A stretch of 51,376 nt of DNA from an uncultured Clostridia bacterium (GCA_947176035.1 CAMWPJ010000001.1:1-51376), one strand, 5' to 3'; positions 37,733 to 47,511 are shown, counted from the first letter of the stretch. The notes: generated by a model from the sequence alone, not told the origin. A program made the numbers and translations.

Positions 37733-37898
37733 TTTCCTCCCAGTATTCAATGAAATAAGTATAGGTATTGCTTTTCCCTTGCTTTTCTCTACCAAGCCTA
37801 ACAGTATAACCAGCTTTGAGAAGACCTTTTGCAATTTCAAGCCTGTCCTCAGCACTAAGTGAATTGTTTTTTATGCTGTAAATCCTTTGTTTTTGCAT
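37722..37898 (-). CDS. 58-aa conserved phage protein (not in ORF track)
   Basis: MQKQRIYSIKNNSLSAEDRLEIAKGLLKAGYTVRLGREK...YFIEYWEENDE*; RBS GAGGTG. Confidence 0.7.
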   Translation of the reverse strand: MQKQRIYSIKNNSLSAEDRLEIAKGLLKAGYTVRLGREKQGKSNTYTYFIEYWEENDE

Positions 37899-40084
37899 TA
37901 ACTACACCTCCTGTTGTTGATAAGTAAATCCGCTTCCAATACATCAGCAAGTAATTTACCTTGATATGTGCCAGCACGTATTATGGCTTTGTTATCTCGT
38001 AATTCCCTATACTCTTGCAACCGCAATTCATTGCTTTTGCATCCCAACAGCATATCGTTTTCAGTAAGCCTTTTGGAAATTTCTTTTTGCCAAGCAATAA
38101 GAAAATCCTTGATTTCTTTGATATCTTTTCCTTGAGTATTATGTTTCGTTCTTGTCTGACGAACAGTGCCGTTAGGCTCAACCTCAAGAGTGTAATAAGG
38201 CTTATCAAGATTATTACTTTTTCTGAGAAGTAGGATATAGCTTTCTCTGTTCTGTATCCGTTCAAAATATCTGTCAGGAGATCTACTTACACAATGGCTT
38301 AATTCGTTGCTATCTTCCAGAATATCCTCAATTCGCTTAGGAACAACAACTGTAAATTTTTCACCTGCAAACTGATATTTATCAACAATGCTCAGACAAA
38401 TATTATCAACATCAGGATATTGTGCGCTGATTTCGTTTGCAGCTCTGGCCGTATCTGCACTGCCTATTTTTTCGATACATTCATTATGCTTATCAACAAG
38501 ATAACGAGGCTTATAATTGATTTCCTGAGCTACATTGATGTTTAAGCGTTTTGCCATTTCCAAGTAATCCTGCCAGGTATCCAATATGAATTTGGCTTTT
38601 TCTTTAGATAAAAGCATCTGCTGTTTCATATATTTACAGATTTTATTTTCGCTCATTCTGTCCGTAATGAATTTAATGGAATCAGGCTTAATATAATTGT
38701 CTGTAAACCAGCTGATTGTTTTATCAGATATGCACTTGTTTCGTGCTTTTTCATATTGCAGCCATTCAAGAAAGGCAATACCGCCGTTAGCAGAACGAAG
38801 TCGTTTCAATAATTGCTTATCAATTTGCAGTAATTTATGGAGCTCTCCATTTGTAGCCTCGCCGTTTATAAGTTTATCTGCGTAATAATAGTAATGATTG
38901 TTTCTGTCAATAAAATCTAAACACAGTTGATATAAACCAGCTTTAGCAATACGCTCCATATATGGTCTATCTTTATATATTGCGATATAAACCTCAGGAT
39001 CAATCTTTTCGGAATGCCTTATCATTTCAAGCATTCCTGTTCTTTTTAACTGAGGAATTCCGCACAGTGTTTTTCCATATATTTTTCCTACATTCATAAT
39101 TGAATGGTTGCTACAAACAAATGATGAAACCCAACGAGTTTCTTTGTGCTTAAAATCTCCCCAATAATAAGCTCTTGCTTTATCAAAGTTTTCATATATA
39201 CATCGGCGAAATTCAAAACACCTGTATTGAGGTTTGGTATCTTCATTTTTTTTGAATTTTATTTGCACACTGAACTCTCTTGTAACAAAACCGTCCCTGC
39301 ATTTTTGAATGAGATATACAAACTCTTCTTTAGAGGAAAAAAAGGTTCCCATTTTTCCGTAACTTTTATACTGAATAGGCTTCCTGCAACAAGAACAAGT
39401 ATCGACTTTGCCATTTTGGGCATTCTTGATGGGAACTGTTTTTCCGCACCTTGTACAAAAGCCTTCTTTGGCGCCGTTACGCTCATATTTGTAAAAAATA
39501 TAATGGTCTGTTATGCCGACTCTCTGTACCCATTTATCCCAATCTTTAGGCAGAGCAGGAATTTGGGATAAGTCTTCATCCCACGGATCAGTAATCCTTT
39601 TATGCTTTTTATCAAGCTGAATTTTACGAATGCGCGTCTGATATTCCACGATACCCTTAAAATCTCCTGTCTTGACCTTAAGGTGATTTTTTATGCTCTT
39701 TTTTCCTTCGGGATTTATATAGATTTTTCGTTCGCTGTAATGTTCATAAGCACCCGGAAAAGAAAGATTGCTTAGCATTGCTTCGCTCCACTTTTTCTTT
39801 TTGCAATCGTATGTAATAAATTGCTCATTTTCATAATCAATGAAAATTTCGTAAAGCGGTTCTTTGCTTCCAAAACGCATATATTCGGTCATAAATAACG
39901 CAATTTTCATTATGCCGTTAAGTATCTGGCAGCGCATAAAAATGCTGTGCTTATATACATTTACATATGATTTTCTGCTCCAAGGTAAAGGCTTCATTAT
40001 AGGAGCATCATTCGCAGCCATATTCATCATTTTGTCTGTTGGTCTTAAGGTGCGTAATTTTAATAACTCTTTTTTATTATTCAT
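37898..40084 (-). CDS. PcfJ-domain protein
   Basis: CTRC/CSCC Zn ribbon, DYL.MA..L, C-terminal E...L.HCV..Y...LRK....KPYYTLEV...Q. Confidence 0.88.
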   Translation of the reverse strand: MNNKKELLKLRTLRPTDKMMNMAANDAPIMKPLPWSRKSYVNVYKHSIFMRCQILNGIMKIALFMTEYMRFGSKEPLYEIFIDYENEQFITYDCKKKKWSEAMLSNLSFPGAYEHYSERKIYINPEGKKSIKNHLKVKTGDFKGIVEYQTRIRKIQLDKKHKRITDPWDEDLSQIPALPKDWDKWVQRVGITDHYIFYKYERNGAKEGFCTRCGKTVPIKNAQNGKVDTCSCCRKPIQYKSYGKMGTFFSSKEEFVYLIQKCRDGFVTREFSVQIKFKKNEDTKPQYRCFEFRRCIYENFDKARAYYWGDFKHKETRWVSSFVCSNHSIMNVGKIYGKTLCGIPQLKRTGMLEMIRHSEKIDPEVYIAIYKDRPYMERIAKAGLYQLCLDFIDRNNHYYYYADKLINGEATNGELHKLLQIDKQLLKRLRSANGGIAFLEWLQYEKARNKCISDKTISWFTDNYIKPDSIKFITDRMSENKICKYMKQQMLLSKEKAKFILDTWQDYLEMAKRLNINVAQEINYKPRYLVDKHNECIEKIGSADTARAANEISAQYPDVDNICLSIVDKYQFAGEKFTVVVPKRIEDILEDSNELSHCVSRSPDRYFERIQNRESYILLLRKSNNLDKPYYTLEVEPNGTVRQTRTKHNTQGKDIKEIKDFLIAWQKEISKRLTENDMLLGCKSNELRLQEYRELRDNKAIIRAGTYQGKLLADVLEADLLINNRRCS

Positions 40085-40638
40085 TCAGCACCTCCAGACT
40101 GAGGATATGCTTCGTTTCCGTGAATGTCATAAAAGGTGTTTTCTTTGAAACATTCACCGTCCACCTCAATCATTGCAATTTCAATTATGTTTCCATAACC
40201 GTTTTCTTTTGCAAAACCTAAGATAGTACCTTTTTTGCCTGCCGCAATAGGATTAAGTCCTCTTGAAATAATAAACAGGTTCTCTGCTTCTGCTTCATTT
40301 TCATAAACATAGCCTGCATTCTTACGCTTAGGGTGAGAGTAGATATATTTAAGAGTTTCGGCAACAAAATCTTTAAGAGTCATTTTCTTAACGAGTTTTA
40401 TATGAGTACAAGAGATCTTGCTATCTCTATCGTCTTCGTCAATATCGCCTGAAGCTTCTACAATCCAATATTCTGTGTTATTCCAATTACTGTAATATGT
40501 AAGACAATCCAAAGGATTTTCGGCACAATGAAAGCCGTTTTTAGCGCAATTTGCTTTATCGGTAATATTAACCTTATCAGCTGAGAATTGATAACCTCGA
40601 CATTTAAGTCCAATATCAAATCCTTTATATGCAATCAT
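40081..40638 (-). CDS. DUF7666-like conserved phage protein
   Basis: AYKGF...LKCRGYQF, GFHCAENPLDCL.YY, DSKI.C..I.L. Confidence 0.72.
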   Translation of the reverse strand: MIAYKGFDIGLKCRGYQFSADKVNITDKANCAKNGFHCAENPLDCLTYYSNWNNTEYWIVEASGDIDEDDRDSKISCTHIKLVKKMTLKDFVAETLKYIYSHPKRKNAGYVYENEAEAENLFIISRGLNPIAAGKKGTILGFAKENGYGNIIEIAMIEVDGECFKENTFYDIHGNEAYPQSGGAE

Positions 40639-40651
40639 AAGCTACCTCCAA

Positions 40652-41236
40652 TTACATAAAAGACATTTGACCTTGTTCAGCCATTTCAGCAGCCTTTTGC
40701 TTTTCCTTTTCTTTTTTCTTTTTCTCGGCGTCTGCTTTCTTTTTGGCTATCGCCTTAGCTTCGGCATCTGCCTTTGCTTTTTCCTCTCGTTTTTTCTTTT
40801 CAGCTTCTGCTTTAGCCTTGCGAGCCGCAGCCTTTTCCTCTGCTCGTTTTTTCAACTCTTCATCACTTAAAGTGTAAAAATCAACAGCATAGCCAAAGAT
40901 TTCTTCCGAAGAAGCACCAACACCTACAACCTCAGGATTATCTCTTGTTCCTGTTCCTCTTGCCATATTAAGAGCCTGTTCTCTGTATTGTTCCATAATG
41001 AAAGAGAAACAATCTGATAATTTCTTTTGGAGTACTTGTTGAGCAAATGATTCATCAGCGATTGCTTTGGCTCTTATAAAATGATAAATGCCGATAGCTG
41101 GAACGTTTTGTCCGCTTACACTTTCAGCCTCTTTATCAAGTTTTTCAATAGCTTTTTGCACAATCTTTTCATTGATTTCTGTTTCATTCTCTGTTATATT
41201 GTTATCAGAGTTAGTTGGGAGTGTTGTATTTTCCAT
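40652..41236 (-). CDS. PcfK-like protein (family includes AcrIIA9)
   Basis: A..DESFA.....KK...C..FI, S.EEIFG.AV.FY, Lys/Ala-rich tail ending QMSFM; upstream of PcfJ. Confidence 0.72.
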   Translation of the reverse strand: MENTTLPTNSDNNITENETEINEKIVQKAIEKLDKEAESVSGQNVPAIGIYHFIRAKAIADESFAQQVLQKKLSDCFSFIMEQYREQALNMARGTGTRDNPEVVGVGASSEEIFGYAVDFYTLSDEELKKRAEEKAAARKAKAEAEKKKREEKAKADAEAKAIAKKKADAEKKKKEKEKQKAAEMAEQGQMSFM

Positions 41237-41248
41237 AAAATCATCCTT

Positions 41249-42088
41249 TCAAAATAAACTCATTTGACCGTTGCGGTTGACAGAATATTCAATATCAAAT
41301 TTTGGTGGTACATTATTTGTTTCTGAATTGTCTTCCGTTACGGTTATTTCTTTTTCATCAATAATATTGGGTTGAGTTTGATACCTATCGCCCTTATGTT
41401 TTGTTTTGAATTCCCATAAGTCTAATATATATGCAGGTGTTCGCCACACGGACCATTCTTCAAGAGTTAATGAATTTCCATGTACTATAACTGCAGGAAT
41501 GCCAAATAACGATAATTGCAGATAAGCCATACAAACACACTTGATATCAATATCCACACCTGTTACAACTAATTGTTGTTGAGGGTTGAAGTCCTTAATT
41601 TGCATTGCTTTTGCAAGACCAAGTACCAATCCCCCAGAACCTATACAAGGCTCTAAACAACTAATAAAGTCCTGTTCATCAAGCAAGTCACCATCACCTA
41701 AATTCATCCTACCCATACATTCGCAGATGTGAAAAGGACTAAAAAATTGACCATGATACTTGTTGTGTAATTCTAAAGCGTGAAAGACTTTTCCAAGTAG
41801 ATCATAATATCCTACTGTATTAAAGGATTTATCGAGAGAACTGACAAGAATACCGAGACAATCAGCCAAACGATTTAGTTCGTCCTTGTTATATTTTTTG
41901 ATAATTTCAAAATACTCTTTCTCTCGCTCATCTCTGAATTGCCAATCAATAGCATTTGAAATTGATATTGACGAAATTTTCAGCCAATCTTCAAACACTT
42001 GCCAAGTAGAATATCTGTCACTGACAGAGGTTAGAGATTTACATAGTTCTTTACAATCATCAGGCATATAAGAATGCGTTTTAGCCAT
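41249..42088 (-). CDS. HsdM-like N6 methyltransferase-fold protein lacking catalytic motif IV
   Basis: GQFFSP, EPCIGSGG motif I, GVDID, GNSL; no NPPY/DPPY. Confidence 0.78.
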   Translation of the reverse strand: MAKTHSYMPDDCKELCKSLTSVSDRYSTWQVFEDWLKISSISISNAIDWQFRDEREKEYFEIIKKYNKDELNRLADCLGILVSSLDKSFNTVGYYDLLGKVFHALELHNKYHGQFFSPFHICECMGRMNLGDGDLLDEQDFISCLEPCIGSGGLVLGLAKAMQIKDFNPQQQLVVTGVDIDIKCVCMAYLQLSLFGIPAVIVHGNSLTLEEWSVWRTPAYILDLWEFKTKHKGDRYQTQPNIIDEKEITVTEDNSETNNVPPKFDIEYSVNRNGQMSLF

Positions 42089-43010
42089 TAGTAGCACCTC
42101 TATAATCGTTCCAAGCCATTGTTATGACATCAGTTGTTTCACGGAAACGGCTGATTATTGCTTTTATATTTTGGCAATCATCATTAACGGTCATTCTTTC
42201 AATCAACATTTGTTCGTTATAGTTAGTGGTAATAATTGTGGGCAGCATTTCGTTGTAACGATAATCAATTATTGAATATAACGTTGCCACACCCCAATTA
42301 GTAACTTGTTCCTTACCTAAATCGTCTATAATGAGCAAATCAACTTTTCTGAATCTATCGAGGATTTCATCCTCTGTGTAATCAGAATAATCGTTATAGG
42401 CTTTTTTTATGTTTTCTAAGAGAGCTACTGCAGTTTGACATTTTACAGAATAGAATTTGTTAATCAATGTCATTGCAATAGCGGATGCTAAATGTGTTTT
42501 GCCTGTACCATTTGTACCTTCAATGTAAAGACCTTTACCAATAGATTTCTTATCCTCAAAGCAGGTGACGTATTTTTCAGCAATTTCCAAAGCAGTCTTT
42601 TGTTCAGGAATAGTTACTATATAATTATCAAATGAACAAAACTGTTGACGTTTACTCATACCGCTATTAACTATCAACCTGTTCATACGTGATTGCCTTT
42701 TCTCAATCTCCTTTTGTCTTTTGACACGTTTCTTTTGCTCCTCATCCTCTTTGTCCTTTTTAGACCAATAGGCTAAAGCTTTATCACATGTACAGCGTTC
42801 AGGACTTTCACGTCGAATTGTAACGATACTTCCAAAGGCTAATAAGCCTTCGTAATAAAGTGTTCTACCACAATATTTACAATGTTCCGGTTCAGGTAAT
42901 TCAAACTTACAAGGAATATTTTGTTCCTGAATTTCTTTAGTTGTAAATATTACCTTACGTTCTGCTTGGTCTGAACTCTGTTGCAAAATTTCCGACATTC
43001 GTGCATCCAC
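42081..43010 (-). CDS. DnaC/IstB-like helicase loader ATPase
   Basis: GTNGTGKTHLA, LLIIDDLGKE, IITTN, ISR, DYR. Confidence 0.92.
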   Translation of the reverse strand: MDARMSEILQQSSDQAERKVIFTTKEIQEQNIPCKFELPEPEHCKYCGRTLYYEGLLAFGSIVTIRRESPERCTCDKALAYWSKKDKEDEEQKKRVKRQKEIEKRQSRMNRLIVNSGMSKRQQFCSFDNYIVTIPEQKTALEIAEKYVTCFEDKKSIGKGLYIEGTNGTGKTHLASAIAMTLINKFYSVKCQTAVALLENIKKAYNDYSDYTEDEILDRFRKVDLLIIDDLGKEQVTNWGVATLYSIIDYRYNEMLPTIITTNYNEQMLIERMTVNDDCQNIKAIISRFRETTDVITMAWNDYRGATNG

Positions 43011-43827
43011 CTCCTTGATCCTGTTTCTTTGCTAACCAACTAACAATAAAACGACTAATTCCTCTGCGAGTTTTTCTTTTTTGAGGATTTGCCTCACACC
43101 AAGCGACCATAATCCTGAGTTCCTGAATAACATTAACTGCTGGATATAACTCTTGCCAATGAGTAACAGAATCCTCATACACATCAAATAACGTTTTATC
43201 ATTAAGCAATAACTGTACAACAACTTTTCCTGCATTTTGCTCGGAGGAATTTTCAATTGCTCCGTGCATAACATCTTTCCTTTCATCTTTTTTACTTTTA
43301 TTTCCTTTACTTTTATTTGTGCAGTTTTCGGTACTTTTATTTGGGTTTTCGGTACTTTTATTTGGGTTTTCGGTACAGGAAATGTTTTTAAAGGTAATCT
43401 TACTAAGAATACTGGTTGGAACATCATTTTTATCTGTTTCATCAAGTAACCAGTATTCTTTAATAATCCTTATTTCTGAACGGCTATTAAACATACGAAT
43501 GTAACGCCGTTGGATACCCGCTGAAGTTAATACACCGGACGCGTTAAACACCCCTTCATCAAAAAAGGAACGTCGGAGGCACCCATGTATAAACTCGCTT
43601 ATGAATTGAGAGGATATATTGCAGCCAACATCGTCTGCGATTAAGTCACATAAATCCTGATCCCACTCAATAAAGTATCCTTGCTTAAACACTTCACACA
43701 TAAGGTAGTCCAATAAATACATACCTTTTGCTTGAAATTCTGACCGTAGCAAACGAACTTTTTTATCACTATAAAAATCCGTATCCTTTGGAAAGTACAC
43801 CATCCCGTCCTTTATCGGTCGGGCCAA
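42955..43827 (-). CDS. Replication initiator, DUF4373/Lin1244-type N-terminus
   Basis: MARPIKDG..YFP.D, LTSAGIQRRY, central repeats, KT..G..RFI.SWL...QD. Confidence 0.85.
   Translation of the reverse strand: MARPIKDGMVYFPKDTDFYSDKKVRLLRSEFQAKGMYLLDYLMCEVFKQGYFIEWDQDLCDLIADDVGCNISSQFISEFIHGCLRRSFFDEGVFNASGVLTSAGIQRRYIRMFNSRSEIRIIKEYWLLDETDKNDVPTSILSKITFKNISCTENPNKSTENPNKSTENCTNKSKGNKSKKDERKDVMHGAIENSSEQNAGKVVVQLLLNDKTLFDVYEDSVTHWQELYPAVNVIQELRIMVAWCEANPQKRKTRRGISRFIVSWLAKKQDQGGGCTNVGNFATEFRPSRT
43291..43376. repeat. Iteron-like direct repeats; probable replication origin
   Basis: GTTTTCGGTACTTTTATTTGG at 43324-43344 and 43345-43365, partial copy 43366-43376, plus adjacent TTTACTTTTATTT repeats. 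Confidence 0.8.
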
Positions 43828-43831
43828 TATG

Positions 43832-44488
43832 TCACCTCCGTTCTTTTGTATTTAGATTGAGCCTGTCGCAGAGGTACTTATCAAGCTTTATTCCATATAT
43901 GAAATATCTCTCAAATAAGCCCTTTTCGTCTTGGTGAGCCATCATATGATGCTTATGGCATAGAGCAATAGCTTTCATACCAATGTGAACTATTTTGTCC
44001 CTGTTTCTGCCTGCACCTACACGGTCAACATGGTGTACCTCTGCTTTTTCATTACAAATAGCACATCTTCTGTGTTCCAAGCACATATACAAATATTTGC
44101 CTATATCGTCTGTCTGATTAAGCAATGTATCTCGTGTTGGAACACCATTCTCAAAGCAAAAGTTTATCAAAAATGTAATAAACTCCTTGGCAGTTGTCAT
44201 ATCAACATTTGAAAGACTAAACCATTCATATCCCATCTCAGCAATAAACAGTGTCTCCATTAAGCTTCGAGTGACTTCTGGAAGATAGTTTCCCATCCAA
44301 TCGTCTATATCATTTATAAGAGCCCAAGTTTTTCTACGTTGTTCAGCGGATATTGTTCTGCCATCATCGAGGCGAAGCTCAACAGTAGTAATCTGCTTTT
44401 GCTGCAGTTCTCTGTTGATATCCTCAAAAGGTTGGAGCAATATTTTATTTTCAGCAGCCTTCAGGATCTTCGCAGTTGTTATTTTCAT
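43832..44488 (-). CDS. Putative HNHc nuclease (DUF968-like)
   Basis: D.R.IS.EQR.K, FSLS...MT.A..FI, CAIC...EVHH, LC..HH..AH. Confidence 0.82.
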   Translation of the reverse strand: MKITTAKILKAAENKILLQPFEDINRELQQKQITTVELRLDDGRTISAEQRRKTWALINDIDDWMGNYLPEVTRSLMETLFIAEMGYEWFSLSNVDMTTAKEFITFLINFCFENGVPTRDTLLNQTDDIGKYLYMCLEHRRCAICNEKAEVHHVDRVGAGRNRDKIVHIGMKAIALCHKHHMMAHQDEKGLFERYFIYGIKLDKYLCDRLNLNTKERR

Positions 44489-45152
44489 TTAGATAAACCT
44501 CTTTGTCTTTGCTATCATCGTGGCAATGCAGGTAGCAATATTCGCTTTTTGGTCCACAATTTCGGCATATAAAATCATCACATTTTGCTTTCGATAAATG
44601 ATTCTTTAACACCTGTGTTTCGTATGGATATAAGCCTGCTGCCTTTTTTGCCTTAATTTTTTCCTGAATAACATCATCCTCATAATTTGCCTCTATCATA
44701 TAAAGGTCATAATGGTGAGCAACAATGCCGTTCAGATTATTAGTATCGGTTGCATAAAACACCTTTCCAAAAGGAAAATGTATCTTGTAACCGCAATTTG
44801 GAACATTGTGTACAAGCGGTACCGGGATGATATTACATACTCCGTAACCATAACTTGTATCAAATTTAAGAACATCAATATTTTTCTTATTCACTCCGCA
44901 AGCCACTAACGGACCTACAAGCCAACTGCAGCACGCAAACCTTAATGTAGGTCTTTCGGATGCAAGCCTTTTGATTGTAGTCTTATTAAAGTGGTCGGAG
45001 TGAATATGTGTTAATAAAACGAGTTTAAAATCCTCATAAAAGGGTTTTAATGCCTTAAAGGGAACACCGCAGTCAATAAGTATTAACTTGTGTATAACTA
45101 CGGCATTACCCTGTGAGCCGGTCGATATGATGTTAAAATCAATATTGCTCAT
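44451..45152 (-). CDS. Metallo-beta-lactamase-fold nuclease/hydrolase
   Basis: STGSQGNA, IDCG, THIHSDH, H.V.N.G, YATD, IEANY, HLS. Confidence 0.9.
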   Translation of the reverse strand: MSNIDFNIISTGSQGNAVVIHKLILIDCGVPFKALKPFYEDFKLVLLTHIHSDHFNKTTIKRLASERPTLRFACCSWLVGPLVACGVNKKNIDVLKFDTSYGYGVCNIIPVPLVHNVPNCGYKIHFPFGKVFYATDTNNLNGIVAHHYDLYMIEANYEDDVIQEKIKAKKAAGLYPYETQVLKNHLSKAKCDDFICRNCGPKSEYCYLHCHDDSKDKEVYLNENNNCEDPEGC

Positions 45153-46054
45153 TAGATATCATCCAAGTTTACTGATTCCACAATGTCAGTTGCCTCAGGC
45201 TGCGTTAACTGTGCAGGGTCTGTTGTAACCTCAACATTGTTTTCAGGAACTGTAATAACATCGCCGTTATCGTCAACCTCATTAAATGAATTGTCTTTTT
45301 CATAAGCTGTCATCATTTCTGTTGACATAGGACAACCACCTTTTGAAATCAACTGACGGAGCATAGTTTTCTTAGCCATATCGTCAAAATTCTTGTACCA
45401 AAAGGAGGAGTACTTCCACATATCCATTTCAGGGATTTTACCTTCCTGAATATTGATATATGCCTGTCGTGAAAACGCCATACTGTATTTATCAGCGTGT
45501 GACATCATCTGTTCTTTGCTCCAATAAATAGCCTTTCTGAAACCATTTGTAAGCTCAAAGAAAGCATAATAACCAATTGTTTCAGTAGCCTCACGTTCGT
45601 TCCAATCCTCAATGAGTCTGCACTCAATTTCTTCGTTTAATGGGTCAAACTTAATAAGTTCACCCTCTTTGATTTCAACAGCGTTGATTTTCTTAACCTG
45701 ACCGCTGCGCATAACGAGTTGCAAATAGCCTTTATATCCGAGAATAAACTGTGCCTTTTTTACACCGGCTTTTTTATCATTAAATGGAACGAGATAAAAC
45801 TGACCGAGCTGAGGACTTGGTGAAAGATTAAGGCTTTCACCGAGTAACGCTCCTGCAAGAATTGAACTTGATTGACAATCCTGCAGTGCAGGTGTATTAG
45901 CAACAGCCGATGTAATTGATGCAACAAACCTTTTGCAACGATTTGGATCGCCGAGTGTATTGTTAATCATTTTCTTATAGCCATCAGAGTTAATCATCAT
46001 ACTGAATGTGGGCTTTTTGTTTTCGCCCGATGCAAGTGTTTTAGAGTTGGACAT
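45152..46054 (-). CDS. recT: RecT-family single-strand annealing recombinase
   Basis: LSPSPQLGQFYLVPF, AQFILGYKG, IGYYA, W...FD.MAKKT.LRQL. Confidence 0.93.
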   Translation of the reverse strand: MSNSKTLASGENKKPTFSMMINSDGYKKMINNTLGDPNRCKRFVASITSAVANTPALQDCQSSSILAGALLGESLNLSPSPQLGQFYLVPFNDKKAGVKKAQFILGYKGYLQLVMRSGQVKKINAVEIKEGELIKFDPLNEEIECRLIEDWNEREATETIGYYAFFELTNGFRKAIYWSKEQMMSHADKYSMAFSRQAYINIQEGKIPEMDMWKYSSFWYKNFDDMAKKTMLRQLISKGGCPMSTEMMTAYEKDNSFNEVDDNGDVITVPENNVEVTTDPAQLTQPEATDIVESVNLDDI

Positions 46055-47021
46055 ACTTCATACCCCTTCCGCTTAATAATTGTTTCATTGCTCTGAGGTC
46101 ATCCATTGTGCCTTCAACCTCAAATTTTACTTTGTATTTTTTTGCCTGCTTTTCAAATGGTTCATCGCCACGATATACAGGATTTGCAATAGGCTCAGGT
46201 ATAAACTCACTTTCGTCAGGAGTTTCAACCACAGGTGCCTCAAAAGCAGTCTGCTCGCTTTCTTCCATAGCCGTTTCAACAGCTGCAACCTGTTCAGCCT
46301 CAGCTTTTGCCTTAGCCTCTGCCTCTGCACGTCTTCTTTCCTCTTCTTCAATAAGACGGTGACGTGTTGTAACAGATGTAATTGCCTTGCTCACATCAAG
46401 ACTCTGTTTGTATTCAACGAGTATTTCCTCTTTGTGCTGTTGTGTATCAATCAGTGCCAAATCACCGACAACACGGTCAACAAATACCTTAATTGTATCT
46501 TTGCATTTCTTATCGCTTATACTGAGGTTGATTGTAAGACCGACATTTTCAAAGGTGAGGAAATCAATTCCTTTGCTCTCAACATATTCACAAAAATACT
46601 TGTGAGCCTTTTCCTCTTTTTCCTTTTTCTGGGCATCTTCAACAGCCGCAATCTTTGCCTTTAACTGTTCATCAGCAGGCTTGAAAATGTTGGTAACATA
46701 TTCTTTATAAACTGCCTCAAATTCGTTATATGGACCAAGAATGGCATTCTTAACACCTTTTCGCTTTTCTTCAAGAGCTGCAAATTGTTTTGACAAGCTT
46801 GTCCTCAGTTTCTTAATGTCCTGCTTGTTTTCCTCCGTACACTCCATTGTCAAAGCCTCAGCAACATCCTGTTCAGCCGCAGTCTTGATTAACTGTAACT
46901 GTTCTTTGATAATAGGGAACTGTTCAACAACAATGAGGTCATCGGTTTTTATAGGTTCGGTTGTTCCTTCAACGACCTGTGCCTCAACCTCAAAAATATT
47001 TTCTTGTGGGTTGGTTGACAT
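46041..47021 (-). CDS. DUF1351 (Gam-like coiled-coil) protein
   Basis: K..R..L.K....LEEKRK.VK..IL.PY.EFE; next to RecT. Confidence 0.78.
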   Translation of the reverse strand: MSTNPQENIFEVEAQVVEGTTEPIKTDDLIVVEQFPIIKEQLQLIKTAAEQDVAEALTMECTEENKQDIKKLRTSLSKQFAALEEKRKGVKNAILGPYNEFEAVYKEYVTNIFKPADEQLKAKIAAVEDAQKKEKEEKAHKYFCEYVESKGIDFLTFENVGLTINLSISDKKCKDTIKVFVDRVVGDLALIDTQQHKEEILVEYKQSLDVSKAITSVTTRHRLIEEEERRRAEAEAKAKAEAEQVAAVETAMEESEQTAFEAPVVETPDESEFIPEPIANPVYRGDEPFEKQAKKYKVKFEVEGTMDDLRAMKQLLSGRGMKYVQL

Positions 47022-47058
47022 TTCAAATATCACTCCTTGCATTTATTATTTTTTTGTG

Positions 47059-47349
47059 TTAAACTATAGCTACGGTTCGAGGGTACACCTGCTTTATGCG
47101 GTGTGCTCTTTCTTTTTGCTTATAATCTCTTAAGCAATACGCTGAAAATCTATCAGTACGTATCTGCTCAACTATTAAATGGGCAAGATATCTTGTCTTA
47201 AGCCTTTGACCTTCATCTGTGCCAAAACGTTTTATTAAATCATCACGTTTAGCCACGGCAGAATCATAAGCCGCCTCAATCTCATAAATCGTAGGCTGAC
47301 AAGACGATATATCATTAATCTCGGCTATCAATTCTTTGCTTATTTCCAT
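47059..47349 (-). CDS. Hypothetical protein
   Basis: 96 aa, RBS AGGAGGTG. Confidence 0.6.
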   Translation of the reverse strand: MEISKELIAEINDISSCQPTIYEIEAAYDSAVAKRDDLIKRFGTDEGQRLKTRYLAHLIVEQIRTDRFSAYCLRDYKQKERAHRIKQVYPRTVAIV

Positions 47350-47352
47350 TTG

Positions 47353-47511
47353 CTACACCTCCTTGTCAAGTAATTTAAAGTTATCAATAGCCCAGCGGTT
47401 GGCTGGTTTATTAACCTGTGGTATCACTTCTGGTGATGCCTTTTCTTTTTGACAATCACATTTTTCATCAAGGTCAAGATATGCTCCGCAATGAGGGCAT
47501 ATATCATACAT
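47353..47511 (-). CDS. 52-aa Zn-binding micro-protein (not in ORF track)
   Basis: MYDICPHCGAYLDLDEKCDC... Confidence 0.65.
   Translation of the reverse strand: MYDICPHCGAYLDLDEKCDCQKEKASPEVIPQVNKPANRWAIDNFKLLDKEV

Noticed and set aside
36692-37855. ORF-track N-terminal extension of the DUF5131 gene (start 37855)
   Set aside because: That stretch is better explained by a 58-aa ORF in another frame (37722-37898); the family N-terminus begins at MMNKSRIDW (37732).
41300-41320. NVPPKF as catalytic motif IV of the HsdM-like protein
   Set aside because: It lies in the low-complexity tail, does not match (N/D/S)PP(Y/F) and is not preceded by the expected beta-strand.
43291-43376. CRISPR-like repeat array
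   Set aside because: Repeats are directly adjacent without spacers and lie in frame within the initiator gene.
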